A DNA stretch of 64,000 nucleotides from an uncultured Bacteroidales bacterium (GCA_944323775.1 CALUTT010000015.1:507-64506); one strand, 5' to 3'; positions 9,087 through 18,669 are shown, counted from the stretch's first letter. The notes: generated by a model not told the origin, from the sequence alone. Numbers and translations are program-made.

Positions 9087-10550
9087 TCATTCAAATTCCG
9101 GAGTTACGTTTATTGTATCGAAATCAATTACATTTACATTGACAATCACATTGTATTCATCGGCCGGCGCTACCGTTCCGGTAGTGATGTTGGCCGGAGT
9201 GATTGTAACAGCGTCCATCTTGTATATCTTGGCGGGTTTGATGGCTACTGGCGCATCATTTTCCTTGAACTGCACGATGTTGGCGTAGTAGATGTTGTCA
9301 TTTGTCACTGCAAGTGAGAATTTGCCGACTATCGCCAGATAAAGGAGAGGATCTTTAGCCTCGTCCATCTTTTCCCATACGCCTTCGGAAGTCTCTTCTT
9401 CTGCCGTATATGTATAGCCGCTTCCGTCATACTGGAACTGGATATGGAAAGTAGGGTGGTTTCCATTAGTTTTGCTGATTTCAGGATCTGATTCTATGTC
9501 TTCGCCTTCAGCCGTGACATCGTAGTTCACAAGGAAGTTGAAAGGGACGCATGTTGTTCCTTCTCCATCGTAATAAACCGTATTTTCTCCTTCTGCTTTC
9601 TGGGTATAGCTAAAGAGCTGGTCATAGCTTGCCCCGTTCCAGTTGCTGTAGAATGTGACGCCGTCCTTGTTCAAATCCTCTTCAAGATTAGCCCATTTTC
9701 CATTTTCAATGCCGCTCTGTCCGGTAGGCGTGACGAAAAGGTCGCTTGCAGGATTCTTTGCCGGCAGGGGAGTCCATTTCCGATAGAAGTTGGACATATA
9801 GATGCCTCCAAGAACAGGATTGAATCCCTCCCAGTGTACCCTGAAGGTCCTGCCTTTGTAGTTCTCACCTATGGTCGCTCCGTCTATTTCTTCAGAATAT
9901 CCGGAGGTCTGTACAGAAATCTTTCCGATCTCCAGTCTTGATATTACAGGCCTGATGTCAATATCGGCAGTATAATACTGCTGGTCCTCTTCAGGCTTGG
10001 CTTCGTCTCCATTCATATCATATGAAGGCCCGTCGAAGCCGTCTGCCAATTCATCCCTGAGTGGTGTGATGTCTGCATCACCTCCCATGAAAGGTATTAC
10101 GTTCTGGTCTGCGCTTGCCGGGTAGTCCTGCAATTGAAGAAAGATCTGGTTCATGTTCTGTCCTTCGGTCGGCGCGGTGACATTCCCTCTGTTTGCAATC
10201 ACGTATACTTTGCTGACTCCGTCAAGCCCGACGTAGCGGACACCCGTACCGCCGACGAGACTCGACCATTCATTCTGGTCGTCGGTCGGGTTGATGCTCC
10301 TGTAGCTGACGACATTATCGTTTGCAGTCGTGAAGTAGATGTCGATGGTCTTGAATTCATGCTCGTTCTTGTAAGGATCATCTCCAACTATTTGAGAAGA
10401 ACCTTTGGTAAGATTGGCCCCGTTGATGGTGACGGTGATCGCCTTGGTCCCGGCATCAGGATTTGTTACCGGAGACGATGTCTCCTTATTGCATCCGACG
10501 AGCGCGAATGCAGCAATGGCTCCTGCCGTGATTAAAGAATAAATTTTCAT
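9087..10550 (-). CDS. Major type V pilin (FimA/Mfa1-like lipoprotein), left operon
   Basis: Lipobox FALVGC, NLTKG processing motif, IRPVISRLEI motif, C-terminal VNVNVIDFDTINVTPEFE; followed by a terminator. Confidence 0.8.
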   Translation of the reverse strand: MKIYSLITAGAIAAFALVGCNKETSSPVTNPDAGTKAITVTINGANLTKGSSQIVGDDPYKNEHEFKTIDIYFTTANDNVVSYRSINPTDDQNEWSSLVGGTGVRYVGLDGVSKVYVIANRGNVTAPTEGQNMNQIFLQLQDYPASADQNVIPFMGGDADITPLRDELADGFDGPSYDMNGDEAKPEEDQQYYTADIDIRPVISRLEIGKISVQTSGYSEEIDGATIGENYKGRTFRVHWEGFNPVLGGIYMSNFYRKWTPLPAKNPASDLFVTPTGQSGIENGKWANLEEDLNKDGVTFYSNWNGASYDQLFSYTQKAEGENTVYYDGEGTTCVPFNFLVNYDVTAEGEDIESDPEISKTNGNHPTFHIQFQYDGSGYTYTAEEETSEGVWEKMDEAKDPLLYLAIVGKFSLAVTNDNIYYANIVQFKENDAPVAIKPAKIYKMDAVTITPANITTGTVAPADEYNVIVNVNVIDFDTINVTPEFE

Positions 10551-10600
10551 GACTTGTTTATTTGATTGTTGAATAATTTATTGGTATTGATATGAGTGCC

Positions 10601-12073
10601 TTATGGAGCAAGCTGTTCAACAACTCTTGAAAGCTCCTCAATATTGTGCCCCGCCTCGGGGTTTCCTGCCGCTGCGGCAGACTTGAGCGACTGTCTGGCC
10701 TCGTCGTAGTCTCCGCTTTCGGCCTGCAGGATTCCCAGGGTGTTCAGCAGCATGGGACTGTCGTGGCCTTCGAGAAGCCTCATCGCCTCCTGGCCCTTGC
10801 CCGCAGAGCGCAGGGCGAGCGCCGCTGTCTGGAGAGCTGCCTCGTCGTCGGGATAGGTCCTGACAGCCGCGAGCAGAACATCAAGGTACTCCGGGCTGTC
10901 CTCCCCGTAGAGCCGGGCCACCGCCTTGAACTCGTCAACGCTGAGCAGCTCAGGTCTGTCGCGCCACAGGCGCTCGGCCTGCTCCGGGCTGAAGTCCCTG
11001 ATGACGTAATCAATAGTGTATTCCGTGCGGCGCAGCGACGGCAGTATGCACTCGCGCAGGTAGTCGTAGAGTTCAGAGTCCTGCTTGAGGATTCTCTCGC
11101 ATTCGCTCCAGTTGTCTTCGCTGAGCATTTCCCGAATTCTCGTGATGGTCCTGTTCGAGGCGATCCTGTCGTCATTGCCGGCGGCTTTGAACAGCCCTTC
11201 CCAGTCCTCTCCGACGCTTTTCACGCTTACCTTGCCCGCAGGGATTCCAGGTACGTGCGCAATAGCGTATTCCGCAAGGCTCCTGGCACGGTTTTCCGCG
11301 AGAGTACGGTTGAATCCTTCGGGGCCGTCAGGCGAAGCATATCCCGTGAAACTGATTCCTACTATGCTGTACAGCGATGAGTCCGAGGCGGTTTCCAGAG
11401 TCGAGATCACGTCGTCAAGGATCTCTGCGTTTCCGCTGAAGTCAGGCAGTATGTCGAATTTGTTGATCACGAATTTAAGGTCTGCCCTGGCGGAGAAGCT
11501 GCGTGTCTTGCTGGCGCCTGCCTCGGTGGAAGTGAACTCCCAGCGCGGGATATGCTTCCTGATACCTGTCTGCGTGACAAGTGAATCCTCATGCTCGGTG
11601 CATCCGGCGCAGCCGGTCACCACTTCACGGAATACCACCTTCCCGTCAAGCATTGATGGGGAGTAGGGGAGTCTGGCAGTGTACTGTATTGTCTTGTCGG
11701 TGTCTCCCTGGCGGATCACGACGCTTCCCCGGGGCCTTTCGACGCCGGAAAGGACCTCGATGCGGTCAATGGCCTTCGCCCGTGTCCGTCCGTCGATATA
11801 CACCGGGCTGAATTCATAGGACTGCGTCCCGTCAGCTGACACCAGCACCGGGATTATGCAGGACGAATGCTGCGGAGAGATGAGATCCGTCTCCCTGGCG
11901 TTAATGACCATGCTCAGCTGAGCATATTTCTCGGCACCGGAAACTATCTCCATCCGGCATGATGACGTATCTATTATCTCCAGCCATGAATCCCTTGTCG
12001 CCGCGCCGGCGTTCAGAGCGGCAAAAAGCGAGACGGCGGCAACGGAAGTTGCATAATATACCATGTGTTTCAT
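10601..12073 (-). CDS. DUF3868 / OmpA-like / TPR pilus-associated protein, left operon
   Basis: IIPVLVSADG...PVYIDGR N-domain, GYASPDG...N..LAENRA OmpA motif, LRRTEY, TPR-like C-terminus. Confidence 0.8.
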   Translation of the reverse strand: MKHMVYYATSVAAVSLFAALNAGAATRDSWLEIIDTSSCRMEIVSGAEKYAQLSMVINARETDLISPQHSSCIIPVLVSADGTQSYEFSPVYIDGRTRAKAIDRIEVLSGVERPRGSVVIRQGDTDKTIQYTARLPYSPSMLDGKVVFREVVTGCAGCTEHEDSLVTQTGIRKHIPRWEFTSTEAGASKTRSFSARADLKFVINKFDILPDFSGNAEILDDVISTLETASDSSLYSIVGISFTGYASPDGPEGFNRTLAENRARSLAEYAIAHVPGIPAGKVSVKSVGEDWEGLFKAAGNDDRIASNRTITRIREMLSEDNWSECERILKQDSELYDYLRECILPSLRRTEYTIDYVIRDFSPEQAERLWRDRPELLSVDEFKAVARLYGEDSPEYLDVLLAAVRTYPDDEAALQTAALALRSAGKGQEAMRLLEGHDSPMLLNTLGILQAESGDYDEARQSLKSAAAAGNPEAGHNIEELSRVVEQLAP

Positions 12074-12082
12074 TCGTCGGTC

Positions 12083-12667
12083 TTATTGGATCATGAAAAT
12101 GATGCTTACCAGCAGTTTCGTGAGAGTGAATCGGTTAGAGATACCCTCCTCGATCAGTTCACCGCATCTGACACATTCATATTCTTCGTACTTCGTGCCG
12201 ACGTACCCGGCTCCGATTTCAGCCTCGATGCTCCATCGCGGCGAGAGTATCCACTGGTAGCCGTATCCCACTCCGGCACCGTACATCCAGCCTTCATACC
12301 TGTTGTTCTTCAGTTGTTCGTAGAAGTTGAAGGGAAAGAAGGGATTGGCCATGTTGAACTCGCCTCCAAGCAAATGTGCCGCGAAGAAGTGGCCGTTGAA
12401 TGCCTCGCACAGATAGAACCGTGCTTCCGGCTGGATCATCCAGAGTTTCTGTTTTCTGTAATTCGGGAAATCCCATGGGTTGTAGCTCCCCGAAACATCG
12501 ACGGTCCATTGCGGGGCGACGGCAGCTTCAACTCCCAGGTTGAGAGTTGCCGTTGCATCGGAAAGAAGATTGGTCTTCACAGCCAGATTCTGCGCTCGGA
12601 CCATATTGACAGGGAGGATTGAAAGTGTCAAAACACATATGAGTCTGACAAAAATCCGTTGTTCCAT
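12083..12667 (-). CDS. DUF3575 outer-membrane beta-barrel protein, left operon
   Basis: AVKTNLL..ATATLNLGVE, YNPW, WMIQPEARFYLCEAFNGHFF, GAGVGYGYQW, IEAEIGAGY; start 12667 or 12679. Confidence 0.85.
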   Translation of the reverse strand: MEQRIFVRLICVLTLSILPVNMVRAQNLAVKTNLLSDATATLNLGVEAAVAPQWTVDVSGSYNPWDFPNYRKQKLWMIQPEARFYLCEAFNGHFFAAHLLGGEFNMANPFFPFNFYEQLKNNRYEGWMYGAGVGYGYQWILSPRWSIEAEIGAGYVGTKYEEYECVRCGELIEEGISNRFTLTKLLVSIIFMIQ

Positions 12668-12705
12668 TATATGAGGCAATCGTTTTTTTCGGTTTACTGA
12701 TGTCC

Positions 12706-12721
12706 TTCTCTTAATGAGAGA
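12706..12721 (+). repeat. Left inverted repeat (IRL) TTCTCTTAATGAGAGA
   Basis: Exact reverse complement of 12905-12920; extends to 20/22 identity over 12700-12721 vs 12905-12926. Confidence 0.92.
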
Positions 12722-12904
12722 TGGTTATTGGTCTCACAAATATAGGAATATCATTAAGATATGCAAAATTTTCTTGTGAAAATTCTCAAAATCATATTTT
12801 GAAACTGTAAAAATATATGCTCAATCGATTATGATTTTATCGTGCAGAGACGGCAAAAACCGCCCCTGACGCCATCCAGGCGGCATTCGACAGCCAATGC
12901 ACAT
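12722..12904. mobile_element. Putative invertible promoter segment (inverton, 183 bp)
   Basis: Bounded by perfect 16-bp inverted repeats, contains a single oriented promoter, lies between divergent paralogous operons, and has a tyrosine recombinase in the same block. Confidence 0.8.
12737..12767 (-). promoter_or_regulatory. Bacteroidetes consensus promoter TTTG-N19-TATATTTG pointing to the left pilus operon
   Basis: Minus-strand -33 TTTG (12767-12764), 19-bp spacer and -7 TATATTTG (12744-12737), all inside the inverted repeats. Confidence 0.85.
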
Positions 12905-12920
12905 TCTCTCATTAAGAGAA
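12905..12920 (-). repeat. Right inverted repeat (IRR) TCTCTCATTAAGAGAA
   Basis: Exact reverse complement of 12706-12721; ends 45 bp before the right operon ATG. Confidence 0.92.
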
Positions 12921-12965
12921 AAACATTTTTTATACACTAATTGATAACACGCCAACAATAATGCT

Positions 12966-13541
12966 ATGAGAAAATTTTTCTCAGTGTTTATTGCGATATG
13001 CTGCTGGAGTGTAGGGAGTGCCCTTGCACAGGACTTTGCGTTAAAGACCAACGCTCTCTACTGGCTTACGACCACACCGAATCTTGGAGTGGAGCTTTCC
13101 ATTGGAAACCGAGCAACCCTGAATGTCGAAGGCGGGTACAATCCCTGGACTCTTGACAAGGCCGAAAACAGGAAAATCAAGCACTGGATGGTCACGCCTG
13201 AATTCAGGTGGTGGCTTTGCGAGACTTTCAACGGTCATTTCTTCGGAATCAATACCGGCTACTCCTTCTTCAACATCAGCGGAATGCCTATCCTGTTCCA
13301 TGGCTCCGATACGCGCAACTACCGCTATCAGGGCTGGGCTACCGGTGTCGGCCTGAACTATGGGTACTCATGGATTGTCGGCAGCAGGCTCAATATTGAA
13401 TTCACTTTCGGGGTCGGATATGTCTATTCCCGTTATGACAAGTATGAGTGCCGTACATGCGGAGACCATCTCGGCCCGGAAGAGAATCATTACCTGGGGC
13501 CGACCAAGGCCGGGATATCCCTGATATACATGATAAAATAA
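12966..13541 (+). CDS. DUF3575 outer-membrane beta-barrel protein, right operon
   Basis: ALKTNALYWLTTTPNLGVE, YNPW, HWMVTPEFRWWLCETFNGHFFG; clear paralog of 12083-12667. Confidence 0.85.
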   Translation: MRKFFSVFIAICCWSVGSALAQDFALKTNALYWLTTTPNLGVELSIGNRATLNVEGGYNPWTLDKAENRKIKHWMVTPEFRWWLCETFNGHFFGINTGYSFFNISGMPILFHGSDTRNYRYQGWATGVGLNYGYSWIVGSRLNIEFTFGVGYVYSRYDKYECRTCGDHLGPEENHYLGPTKAGISLIYMIK

Positions 13542-13551
13542 CACCCTGACA

Positions 13552-15036
13552 ATGAACAAGACCGCCATATTGATGCTGCTCGCTGCCGTATCGTTCCCGT
13601 TTGTGGACGCTTCGGCCGGGACCGGCAACTATCTTCCCTCCATCGGTATTGACGCCGTCTCCGTTACCAAGGTCGGACGGGAGGTCGAGCTACGTATGAG
13701 TGTCGACATCTCTGCGCTGAAGATACATACTCAGCATACACTTGCACTGATACCCGTTATTGTCTCTGGTGACGGATCCCGTGAAGCCGCCTTTCCTCCC
13801 GTGGTGATAGACGGGAAGACCCGCGGGAAAGTCTACCTCAGGGCCAGGCGTCTCGAGAGTGTCGGCCTGCCGCCGTATCATGACGGAGATGCCGCTGCCG
13901 TAATCTTCAGGGAGAACGGAAAGTCCCAGAAGTATGACTACAGCGCAAGTGTCCCGTATTCCCGCTGGATGCTCGACGGCAGACTGGAGATCCGTGAAGA
14001 GGTGCACGGGTGTGTGGACTGCAAGGTCGGAAGCGACAGTGTGGACGTGTCCGGGGTGCTTCCTGAATATGTGCCGGAATACCGCCTCGGCGTAGTCGCT
14101 CCTGAAACTGAGCCGGCAAAATCGAGGACCGAGTCCTGCACGGCCATGATAGCATTCCGTCAGGACAGCCATCGCATCCGTCCGGAGTACAGGAACAACC
14201 GTGCGGAACTGGACAGTGTCGCGAATTCGATAACTGAGGTCATCGCAGACCCGGCTCTGGAAATCACCGGTATATCAATAACTGGATATGCGTCTCCGGA
14301 GGCGACGGAGGAATACAACCTGAGGCTGTCGGGAAAACGTGCGGATGCTCTCAAGGAGTACATAACGTCAAACTGGGACATTGCCCCCGGACTCATAAGG
14401 TCCAAAGGAGTTGGAGAGGACTGGGAAGGCTTTGTAAGCGGACTCGACGAATGTCCCGGACTGGCCGGTCTCGACCGTATCAAGGCTCTGCTTGCTGAAT
14501 ACAGTGGACGTAACGACCTGTGCGAGTCCATGATCAGCCGCCTTGAACCGTCAGGTATCTATGCCAGACTGTTAAACGAGGTATATCCTTCCCTGCGGAG
14601 GCTTGAATATGAAATCAGGTATGAAGTCAGGAATTTCAGTCTGGAGGAGGCGAGCAACATTATCAGAGAGCGGCCGTGGCTGCTTAGCCTCGGGGAGATG
14701 TATATGGTTGCAGCCTCTTGCGGGAAGGGAAGCGAAGGATACCGGATGGCCATGGAAACGGCCTTTGAGTATTATCCTGACTCTCCGGCTGTTGTCAACG
14801 ACAGGGCTCTGGATCTCATATCTTCCGGGCAGTATGACGCAGCGGTGGAACTTCTCGGTTCTTTCGCCGGTCTGGAAGGTCAGGCCGAACTGCTCAATAC
14901 TCTCGGTGTCGCCCTGGCAAGGCTCGGCCGTCTTGACCGTGCATCGGAGTGTCTGCGTGAGGCAGTCTCGCTCGGAGGGACCGAAACGGCGGTGCACAAC
15001 CTTGAAGAACTGAAGCGGGTGATCGACCAGCTCTGA
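13552..15036 (+). CDS. DUF3868 / OmpA-like / TPR pilus-associated protein, right operon
   Basis: LIPVIVSGDG...PVVIDGKTR, GYASPEA...YNLRLSGKRA, LRRLEY, TPR tail ending NLEELKRVIDQL; paralog of 10601-12073. Confidence 0.8.
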   Translation: MNKTAILMLLAAVSFPFVDASAGTGNYLPSIGIDAVSVTKVGREVELRMSVDISALKIHTQHTLALIPVIVSGDGSREAAFPPVVIDGKTRGKVYLRARRLESVGLPPYHDGDAAAVIFRENGKSQKYDYSASVPYSRWMLDGRLEIREEVHGCVDCKVGSDSVDVSGVLPEYVPEYRLGVVAPETEPAKSRTESCTAMIAFRQDSHRIRPEYRNNRAELDSVANSITEVIADPALEITGISITGYASPEATEEYNLRLSGKRADALKEYITSNWDIAPGLIRSKGVGEDWEGFVSGLDECPGLAGLDRIKALLAEYSGRNDLCESMISRLEPSGIYARLLNEVYPSLRRLEYEIRYEVRNFSLEEASNIIRERPWLLSLGEMYMVAASCGKGSEGYRMAMETAFEYYPDSPAVVNDRALDLISSGQYDAAVELLGSFAGLEGQAELLNTLGVALARLGRLDRASECLREAVSLGGTETAVHNLEELKRVIDQL

Positions 15037-15087
15037 ATGTCAGAGAACCTACATCGTAAATAACAATAACAAACTAAATCCAATGAT

Positions 15088-16194
15088 ATGAAAATGAATC
15101 TCAAATTTTTCGCCCTGGCGGCCGTAGCCGTCTCGGTGACCCTCGTCTCCTGCAACAAGACACAGACAGTCAGCCTCCCCGGAACTCCGAAGAGCGTGAC
15201 AATCAAGCTCTCTAACGTCGTTCCAGGAACACGTTCCATGGGCGGAGAACAGATTGCGGCGGGAACCAAAGTGACTCTGAACGATTTCCAGGTGTTCTTC
15301 ACCGACGGGACAACGCTCTATCTTCCGAAGAACATCGACAATACCGATTATGCCGAGACTTACTTCGACGGGACTGGCGGAGTGCCCACTGAGGCCAGTT
15401 TCCATTTTCTTCCGGCCCAGGTCACCAGCGTTGTAGTGATAGGAAACATCGGTAGCAAGATCACTGTCGAGAACGGAGTCACGGCTCTCTCTGAACTCCA
15501 GAACAGAGAGCTTGAGATTGCCGGCCAGCAGGATATTGACAACCTGACTCTTTACAGTGGGGTACAGCAGCTGCAGCTGGCCTCTGACGCTTCCCATATG
15601 GATGCGCATGATACCCCGGTATACACGGCTGACCTTACGCTTGCCCCGAGAATCGCAAGGCTTTTCGTAAAGGACTTTACATATTCTGTCAAATCAGACG
15701 CCTCTGTATACAAGACACTTGAGATGCTCAAGATGGCAATCAACAATTACTATGGCAAGACTACTCTCGGCGGTTCGGAAAGCGAGCTGACATCACAGGA
15801 AATCAACACGTCGACCGTATGGAACTGGTTCTCTGGATTCACCGATTCTGCATGGAACTGGGATGATCTAAGCAGCATAAAGGTGACGGTTACTGCTGCT
15901 AACACTCCGGTTTCTGTAGAAGCCGGTGGCCTGTACTACCATTTCTTTGTAGATGATGACAAGCCCCAGGTGCCTCAGCTCGTGCTCCAGTGTGTCAGCG
16001 ACGACGAACCCCAGTATCTCGCCACTCTGAATTTCAAGGATTCCGATGGAGAACCTATAGCCTGGGAAAACGGATATATCTATGAAATGAGCTTCTCCTT
16101 CACTGACGAGCAGCTCTCGCATCCTGACAAGTGCGTGGACATCACGGTCAATCCTGTAGAGTGGCAGGTGGTGACAGTCACACCTGAATTCTGA
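15088..16194 (+). CDS. Major type V pilin (FimA/Mfa1-like lipoprotein), right operon
   Basis: Lipobox VTLVSC, GTRS processing motif, LAPRIARL, C-terminal DITVNPVEWQVVTVTPEF; same position in the operon as the left major pilin. Confidence 0.78.
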   Translation: MKMNLKFFALAAVAVSVTLVSCNKTQTVSLPGTPKSVTIKLSNVVPGTRSMGGEQIAAGTKVTLNDFQVFFTDGTTLYLPKNIDNTDYAETYFDGTGGVPTEASFHFLPAQVTSVVVIGNIGSKITVENGVTALSELQNRELEIAGQQDIDNLTLYSGVQQLQLASDASHMDAHDTPVYTADLTLAPRIARLFVKDFTYSVKSDASVYKTLEMLKMAINNYYGKTTLGGSESELTSQEINTSTVWNWFSGFTDSAWNWDDLSSIKVTVTAANTPVSVEAGGLYYHFFVDDDKPQVPQLVLQCVSDDEPQYLATLNFKDSDGEPIAWENGYIYEMSFSFTDEQLSHPDKCVDITVNPVEWQVVTVTPEF

Positions 16195-16234
16195 CAACCG
16201 TCTTGTTTTCCAGCCGATACATAAACACCCTGCC

Positions 16235-17128
16235 ATGAAATTCAATGTGCCGGTCCTGCTCCTTGGGCTTCAGATCCTTCCTGTGCTCTCTTCGTGCATC
16301 AGGGAGGACCTGAGCCAGTGCAATCCCGGAAGCGTGAACCTTCTCGAGATGAGTTATCTTGGTGACGGCACCACGGAGATATTTCACGACAAGATAAGCC
16401 GTGTGGACATGTATGTCTTTGATTCCCGGGGAACATGCGTCAGCACTTCGACTCTGCCTGATGATCAGATGGCAAGCCGGATTGCCGAGCTGCCTCCGCT
16501 CGGGCCGGGCGACTACCATGTGGTATGTCTCGGGAATCCCCACAATACAATAGTCGACCGGCTTTCTTCGGGAGACTACAGCCAGATAGTGTTCATGGAC
16601 AGGGCATATTATGAAAACAGTACCGTCTCCGGCAATGACGCTCTGTATTTTGCCGCTATAGACTACAGAGTTACGGCTGAGGACCAGCGCCGCCTGCTTG
16701 AATTCGAGAGCTCTCACTACTACCTTTCAGTAGAAGTGGCCGGAGTCCCGGCTCCCGCGACAAAGTCATATGACCATCCCTATATTATGGTCAGCGGCCT
16801 GTCCCCGCACACGAGTTTCGAAAACGAGGCGGGTGGCGAGATGACCGAATACCTGCTTGAGTCGACCCACGATGCCGACAGGAAATATCTGTCAGCAAGC
16901 GCGAACATCATGAGGCACAGTGACCATTCCGCAGTGGATGTCAGTGTGATGAGCGCAGGCGGTGACACCATTGCAAGCATCAATCTTGAGGAGTTCCTTG
17001 CTGACAATCCCGAGGTCGACTGCAGCAGGCAGGAGGTGGTTATCCCCATCTATATTGAGTTCAAGTCCGGGGATGTGACGGTGAGGCTTCCGGACTGGTA
17101 TGTAGAAGAAGTGAATCCAGAGTTTTAA
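16235..17128 (+). CDS. FimB/Mfa2-family pilus anchor lipoprotein
   Basis: Lipobox VLSSCIRE, YLGDG...FHDKISRVDMYVFD, LGN, FESSH motif shared with the left anchor; ends DWYVEEVNPEF. Confidence 0.8.
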   Translation: MKFNVPVLLLGLQILPVLSSCIREDLSQCNPGSVNLLEMSYLGDGTTEIFHDKISRVDMYVFDSRGTCVSTSTLPDDQMASRIAELPPLGPGDYHVVCLGNPHNTIVDRLSSGDYSQIVFMDRAYYENSTVSGNDALYFAAIDYRVTAEDQRRLLEFESSHYYLSVEVAGVPAPATKSYDHPYIMVSGLSPHTSFENEAGGEMTEYLLESTHDADRKYLSASANIMRHSDHSAVDVSVMSAGGDTIASINLEEFLADNPEVDCSRQEVVIPIYIEFKSGDVTVRLPDWYVEEVNPEF

Positions 17129-17140
17129 CGGTTCCGGAAC

Positions 17141-18667
17141 ATGAAGCTGATATACAAGTCATTAGCCATCGCCGCCGTCATCCCCTCATTGCTGCTGTCG
17201 GGATGCGCCAAGGAAAACTCCCCGTACCGCGGAGAGGAGCGCAGCGTGCTGCTGCAGATGAATGTCGGTACAAGGGCCGTGGACGAACTCGACGGCACTC
17301 CGGATCCTGCAGAATCGGCTATCAATACCTTGAGGGTGTATGCGTTTGTGGACGGGGAACTTGCAGGACATTTCTATTCTGCCGATGCCTCGTCTCTTGA
17401 TCCTGGGGACAGCGGCGGCAGGCGGTTTCTGATGGATCTGAAGATGTATTCGCTCGGGTCCAGGAATGTCGATTTCTATGTAGTGGCCAATGAAAAGGCC
17501 ATGGTGACCGCCGGAGGATCCAGAGAATTGACCGACCGTACCACGCAGTCCGAACTAGACAGCTTTACCTTTACAGGGTTGGATATATCGGGCGGTCTTC
17601 CGATGTGCTGCCGGCAGACCGAAACGATAGATTTTGACTCTGATGCTCAGGACAACCCCCAGACAGTGCCGGGTCATGAAGGACATACTCTTCTGGACAG
17701 GAAACTCTCCTTCACTCTCAGCCGGCCGGTGGGAAAGCTCGGGGTCTTCGCTGCAAAGCCGCAAGGGGAGCCTGGACGGCTCTACATTACCGGCATATCG
17801 ATGACCAGGGCCAGATTCGTAAACTATCTGATGCCACAGAATGATCCGGATGTGTTCGGAACTGTCGGAAGTCCGGCATCGAGAGAGTTGAGCTTCATCG
17901 CGGACGAGATTCAGTCGGGCCTTCCAGAGACGGCGGACCGCACTGATGCAGGCAATTATACTCCAGTTCTCGACGAGGCATATTATCCTTTCGAGAACCC
18001 GTGGGGGAGCGGGACATGGGATGCTCCCGGCGATGCAAGGGGAAACATCCTCACTTTGAGATACCGCTTTGACGGAGAAGAAGAGCGTACCGGAACGGTA
18101 TACATGCCTCCGGTAGTCCGTAACAGCTACTACAAGGTTTGCTGCCTGATAAACAACAGCGGAAAAATCACCGTCGAGTATACTGTGGCTGACTGGGATG
18201 ACGAAGACGTCTATACTCTGGATTTCGCTTATCCGACCTATGTCAATCCACTGATGCCTCCCGGAGGCGTCATCCCGACATATCCTCCGACCATATACTA
18301 CAACAGCGACCCTGATTCGGCAGAAGGGGCGTTTGAGGTGAATTTCAACATAAGCGCCCCAGTCGGCCAGGAATGGCAGCCTACTCTGCTCAACGCGACA
18401 CAAGGGGACTATGAGGTTACGGTATGGCAGGGCGGCCAGAAGATGAGTCCGCCATATTATCCTTCGCCTGACGACTACACCATAAGGATCAGGGCCCTGA
18501 AGCCGGACAATGTCGGAAAGAAGATAGACTTTGCGATTGCATATGTTCCGAAATGGGATCCCTCGGAGTCTTCGATGCTTCTTATCAACGGCCAGCAGAA
18601 TGATACTAAATGGCCCGGCAGCGACGACCCGCAGATTATTGTTGTTGAACAGATTGACCACGTGTGA
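17141..18667 (+). CDS. Type V pilus minor pilin (lipoprotein)
   Basis: Lipobox LLSGC, VGTRA motif, INTLRVYAF, LSRPVGKL, VVRNSYYKV. Confidence 0.72.
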   Translation: MKLIYKSLAIAAVIPSLLLSGCAKENSPYRGEERSVLLQMNVGTRAVDELDGTPDPAESAINTLRVYAFVDGELAGHFYSADASSLDPGDSGGRRFLMDLKMYSLGSRNVDFYVVANEKAMVTAGGSRELTDRTTQSELDSFTFTGLDISGGLPMCCRQTETIDFDSDAQDNPQTVPGHEGHTLLDRKLSFTLSRPVGKLGVFAAKPQGEPGRLYITGISMTRARFVNYLMPQNDPDVFGTVGSPASRELSFIADEIQSGLPETADRTDAGNYTPVLDEAYYPFENPWGSGTWDAPGDARGNILTLRYRFDGEEERTGTVYMPPVVRNSYYKVCCLINNSGKITVEYTVADWDDEDVYTLDFAYPTYVNPLMPPGGVIPTYPPTIYYNSDPDSAEGAFEVNFNISAPVGQEWQPTLLNATQGDYEVTVWQGGQKMSPPYYPSPDDYTIRIRALKPDNVGKKIDFAIAYVPKWDPSESSMLLINGQQNDTKWPGSDDPQIIVVEQIDHV

Positions 18668-18669
18668 GG

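Noticed and set aside
12821-13051. 76-aa minus-strand ORF across the switch region
   Set aside because: It overlaps the DUF3575 gene antisense and spans the right IR, with no protein-like features.
17555-18661. 368-aa antisense ORF, and similar long shadows (46510-47454, 53456-54541, 56803-57690, 50967-51956)
   Set aside because: They overlap well-supported genes, lack motifs, and are expected from GC-rich codon bias.
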